Assembly: GCA_951406725.2 (NCBI GenBank)
Contig: OX597827.1
Location: 22,196,001 to 22,260,000, forward strand
Source: Octopus vulgaris
Taxonomy: Eukaryota
Length of the DNA: 64,000 bases
Direction: 5' to 3'
Each line of letters begins with the position of its first letter. The first letter of the stretch is position 1. A model generated the notes under the pieces. It had not been told where the DNA came from. It made no database searches and was given only the letters and a program-made list of their open reading frames with translations. Position numbers and translations under genes: made by a program. Positions 61,178-64,000 of the stretch are shown one piece after another.

Positions 61178-62272
61178 ATATATAACTTACTTGGAAGAGG
61201 ATGTGTGGCATTCAATCGTATAATAATATAAATAATATATATATAATAAATGTGCATATATACATATGTACATACTTACATCTATACGTATATATATATA
61301 TATATACATATATGCATATGTGGGCACAGGACGTCACGAAACGTGTACAACAAAAAAGTACGAAGCACGAGTACATGGAACATGAACTATTCTTTCGAAC
61401 AACAAAAGACACAAAAGGAAAACAAAACAAACAACAAAGAACGACCCTTCATCAGTTGTTGGCTCTAGTCTTGTATTTCAAGCATACACGTTTTGTGATG
61501 TCCTGTGCCCACATATGCATATATAGATGTATGTACATATACTTATATATATAATAACAAGTCTGTATATCTCACTTAACTCATGTACTGAGGTTTTCAT
61601 CTGAGGGAAAAATCTCTCAAGTCCGCTTGATAAGGGCTGACCTGGTGTTAAACACTATATATCTAAATCATACATTATAACACCCCACCCCATGTGTGTG
61701 TGTAGTGGTGAAGAGAGAATCAAGAGTACGTTGGACTAAATACCTGGCAGTATTTGTTACTGTCCTTTATGTTCTATGTTCAAATCCCATTCCAGTTAAC
61801 TTTGTCTTCCATTCCTTCTGGGGTCAGTATATGTCTCCATTCCCTACATTAAGATGGTAGAAATGTTCCATGGTAGAGACAAGAATATATGACTCACCGA
61901 GTCATTCAGGTTTCGGACATTACCATCATCATTATGCTGTTGTGGGTTAGATGGAGGTGAGAAGCCGGAGGGCTGCACCCAGCCCAAATGCCTACTTTGC
62001 CATGGTTTCTACAATGGGATACTTTTCTTAATTATTTCATTTATTAGTTCTTTTGAAAGAAATTAGCTTGAAAGAATGTTGTCTGGTTGGTTAAACTATC
62101 TCCCCCACCCCCCACACACAGAGCACTCCTGAAAAAAAAACCAATAAAGGAAGCAAAAACAAGGCAAGAAGAGTAACAAGTTAACTCACCCACTGTTGGC
62201 ATTGATTAAAACTGTGTTGAAGTTTAAATAAGTTACAGAACGTGGAAAGTCTTCTTGGTTGCTTGTGTGTGG
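41921..62272 (-). CDS. WDR6: WD repeat protein 6 (Trm734, tRNA wobble 2'-O-methylation cofactor), 3' 14 coding exons, 856 aa visible; 5' exons lie beyond the window
   Basis: Phase-consistent GT-AG exons, 2571 nt. Motifs match human WDR6 as recalled: [104 protein letters not shown]. Confidence 0.95.
43449..43516 (-). CDS. WDR6: WDR6 exon ([22 protein letters not shown])
   Basis: tttcag| ... AG|gtaagc; 68 nt. Confidence 0.92.
44563..44801 (-). CDS. WDR6: WDR6 exon ([15 protein letters not shown]...AHAAQITG...SVDQRICVW...AQ)
   Basis: tttcag| ... CAG|gtaaga; 239 nt. Confidence 0.95.
44900..45790 (+). mobile_element. Old RTE LINE RT remnant
   Basis: [29 protein letters not shown] remnants. Confidence 0.8.
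45980..46572 (-). CDS. WDR6: WDR6 exon (RLFCFDE...CVLQV...[12 protein letters not shown]...[15 protein letters not shown])
   Basis: ttgcag| ... G|gtaaca; 593 nt. Confidence 0.95.
47170..47760 (+). mobile_element. RTE 3' UTR/tail fragment with degenerate repeat array (related minus-strand copies about 56175-56650 and 59510-60085; many tail-only copies)
   Basis: Repeated GTGGCACATAAAAAGCA core, then GAAGGGCATCCAG...GCATGGAAAATGGATGTTAAACGATGATG tail. Confidence 0.85.
47793..48987 (+). mobile_element. Near-full-length (1195 bp) Tc1-like transposon with dead transposase
   Basis: TA|CACAGACATGCAGGAAGTAAA..GACACCTTTAATTTTCA TIR and its mirror ending in |[35 protein letters not shown], with stops and frameshifts. 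Confidence 0.95.
49519..49996 (-). CDS. WDR6: WDR6 exon (KHSGAP...HISSVR...SGGGRAQL...DPEMR...AAACSDGTL)
   Basis: ctaaag| acceptor (weaker) ... CG|gtatgt; 478 nt. Confidence 0.92.
50029..50270. mobile_element. hAT/Charlie-like MITE remnant
   Basis: CAGTGGTTCT ... AAGGGTTGAGAATCA termini. Confidence 0.5.
51103..51171 (-). CDS. WDR6: WDR6 exon ([23 protein letters not shown])
   Basis: ttgcag| ... A|gtatcc; 69 nt. Confidence 0.88.
51640..52970 (+). mobile_element. Degenerate L1/Tx1-like LINE RT remnant
   Basis: [15 protein letters not shown], then LSPF and TGAKINQE remnants; heavily frameshifted. Confidence 0.65.
53023..53089 (-). CDS. WDR6: WDR6 exon ([22 protein letters not shown])
   Basis: ctctag| ... 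G|gtaaaa; 67 nt. Confidence 0.9.
53254..53430 (-). CDS. WDR6: WDR6 exon (VNFILWNC...CGGGHRSW...PTLVLK)
   Basis: caacag| ... AAG|gtaagg; 177 nt. Confidence 0.95.
54457..54528 (-). CDS. WDR6: WDR6 exon ([24 protein letters not shown])
   Basis: ctttag| ... TCT|gtaagt; 72 nt. Confidence 0.93.
55687..55848 (-). CDS. WDR6: WDR6 exon ([20 protein letters not shown]...[11 protein letters not shown]...NNNK)
   Basis: acccag| ... AAG|gttggt; 162 nt. Confidence 0.95.
57399..57584 (-). CDS. WDR6: WDR6 exon (SVWKLH...[13 protein letters not shown]...[19 protein letters not shown])
   Basis: cttcag| ... GAG|gtaagg; 186 nt. Confidence 0.95.
58769..58914 (-). CDS. WDR6: WDR6 exon (GDLDPKQL...[23 protein letters not shown])
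   Basis: tgacag| ... CTG|gtttgt; 146 nt. Confidence 0.9.
59165..59496 (+). mobile_element. Non-autonomous Helitron with internal ~100-bp tandem duplication
   Basis: A|TC 5' end; 3' hairpin CCCGAGCAACGCCGGG then CTAG|T at 59493-59497; the GTCTACGATGAGTC unit is duplicated. Confidence 0.85.
60780..60934 (-). CDS. WDR6: WDR6 exon ([28 protein letters not shown]...[14 protein letters not shown])
   Basis: catcag| ... G|gtaagt; 155 nt. Confidence 0.9.
61310..61525. mobile_element. ~215-bp element with ~40-bp inverted ends, inside a TA repeat
   Basis: ATATGCATATGTGGGCACAGGACGTCACGAAACGTGTA / TACACGTTTTGTGATGTCCTGTGCCCACATATGCATAT. Confidence 0.8.
62190..62272 (-). CDS. WDR6: WDR6 exon ([27 protein letters not shown])
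   Basis: ctacag| ... GG|gtgagt; 83 nt. Confidence 0.85.
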
Positions 62273-62374
62273 CTGTAGAAGTATAAACACATCATATCAT
62301 AACAGAACAACTTGGGTTCCAGGCCATTCTGGCAAAAACAAAGTAAAGAATGAAGTTTAAATAAGAAAATTTTA

Positions 62375-62750
62375 AACCATTCCAGCAAACTCCACCTGTC
62401 TAACACCCGTGGACATGTTTACAAAGTCAGAAAACAGCACAGCTCCCATGACTTTCGGAAACATTTTTTCACGGTAAGAGTTGCTGAAGCGTGGAACAAA
62501 CTGCCAGCATCAGTTGTTAGTTGTCGGAGCACTGCATCCTTCAAAACTTCCATGCTTCCTGAGATTCGCCAACACTACACCTGATTTTCTCCCCTCCATA
62601 CACACACAAGCATGTATCTGACTCATACACTGTGCACTTCCCAGACATTTGTACATTAAGGCACATGCTTCATAGGCACTTTTGACAAGTTGTGGTGCAC
62701 CTGTGCACTGTATACAATAATTTCATTATTATTATTATTATTATTATAAT
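62375..62750 (+). mobile_element. CR1-clade LINE 3' end with (ATT)n tail
   Basis: TRGHVYKVRKQH...RKHFFTVRVAEAWNKLPASVV...ASFK, then a short UTR and (ATT)n. Confidence 0.9.
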
Positions 62751-63072
62751 AATCTCGGTTGTAACCTAAGTATTTTTATTTGGCCAGTATGTTACAGGGT
62801 AAATTTTTAACACATTTCAAGGTCCTGGTAGACTTACTTTTTCCTATTATCAAATGGCTTGTATCTGTACATATCTACTACACTTGATTACTCTAAGATG
62901 GTAATTCTGTTTTTAGAGTTTTTAAATCTCCTGGACTGACACACAATGCCACCTGTGCTGGGGCAGTGATGTAGGCTGGCAGCCACAGGAATTTCAAGTT
63001 CCTCCATATAATTTCTCTGGATTAAAAGAGGTGCTGGAAGAATAGTTGTTTGGGTTACCTGTGTACATATAT

Positions 63073-63292
63073 ATGCTGAAAAGATCCTGGCTTTAAGGGT
63101 ATCGCGAAAGGCCTGGTTGGAGGCCCAACCTTCCGAGTTCTTTTTACAGGGCTTAGAAAAACTGAAGGACCGCTGCAATAAGTGTGTGAATCTGAGAGGG
63201 GAATATGTTGAATAAAATCATAATTAACTGATCCTCCTCTATTTTCTTATTTTCTTTTACCTAAAGCCAAGAACTTTTCAACACTCTATAGT
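63073..63292 (+). mobile_element. Mariner deletion derivative (~220 bp)
   Basis: GCTGAAAAGATCCTGGCTTT / AAAGCCAAGAACTTTTCAAC TIRs around the transposase C-terminus GLEKLKDRCNKCVNLRGEYVE*. Confidence 0.8.
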
Positions 63293-63297
63293 ATATA

Positions 63298-63341
<44 letters not shown>

Positions 63342-64000
63342 AGAAAGAGACAAATAAGGCGGCGAGCTGGCAGAAACGTTAGCACGCTGGGCAAAATGCT
63401 TATTGGTATTTCGTCTGAGTTCTGAGTTCAAATTCCGCTGAGGTCGACTTTGCCTTTCATCCTTTCAGGGTCGATAAATTAAGTACCAGATACGCACTGG
63501 GGTCAATGTAATCCACTTAATCCCTTTGTCTGTCCTTGTTTGTCCCCTCTGTGTTTAGCCCCTTGTGGGCAATAAAAAAAAAAAATCTGTGTGTGTGAGT
63601 GTGTGCAGTAGGCACAGGTATGGCAGTGTGTTTAACTCTTTAGCATTTAAACTGGCCAGATTTGGCTTTTCACACATACTCTACAATGTCATTCTAAAAA
63701 TAAACAATCACATCTTCAAAAATCTCTAAATTACGAGATAATCCATGATTAATTCAAAGCAATCTGAATAAATAAGCTTTACATTTGACAGAGTAATCTG
63801 GATTCGAAATGGTTAAGAAGTTTACTTTTGCAATCGCATGGTTTTGGATTTGTTCCTGCCATGTGGCAAATGACACCTTCCGCAGACCTTGGCAGATGGA
63901 AACTGTATGGAAGCTCATTCTTTCTGAGAAACAAGTAAGGACTGATGACAAGAAGGCATCAGGCTGCAGAACCCCACCTCATAATATTTTGTCCAACCCA

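Noticed and set aside
62838-63178. Possible further WDR6 exon (ORF 62888-63178)
   Set aside because: All frames hit stops before the candidate donor, there is no WD40 similarity, and part of it is a mariner remnant.

Overview
AT-rich, repeat-dense animal genomic DNA, not prokaryotic. The SINE families, RTE LINEs and (TA)n/(CA)n load resemble an octopus/coleoid cephalopod genome (inference). Three protein-coding genes can be reconstructed by hand with consistent GT-AG splice phases. (1) An intronless FANCC homolog on the minus strand (1927-3831). (2) An NMNAT (NMN/NaMN adenylyltransferase) on the plus strand with 8 coding exons (8761-31320, 230 aa); its stop codon overlaps a splice donor, and 3-4 in-phase candidate alternative last exons follow downstream, two ending in class I PDZ-binding motifs. 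(3) The 3' 14 coding exons of WDR6/Trm734 on the minus strand (41921-62272; the 5' part lies beyond the window), convergent with NMNAT. Introns contain RTE, CR1, L1/Tx1-like and Penelope retroelements, tRNA-SINEs, Tc1/mariner, Merlin-like, TTAA-type and Helitron elements, three long fold-back palindromes, and a structured ~61-bp repeat array in an RTE 3' UTR. No rRNA, tRNA or CRISPR was found. Homology calls come from remembered protein sequences, not database searches. Repeat boundaries are approximate unless a TSD or TIR is quoted.
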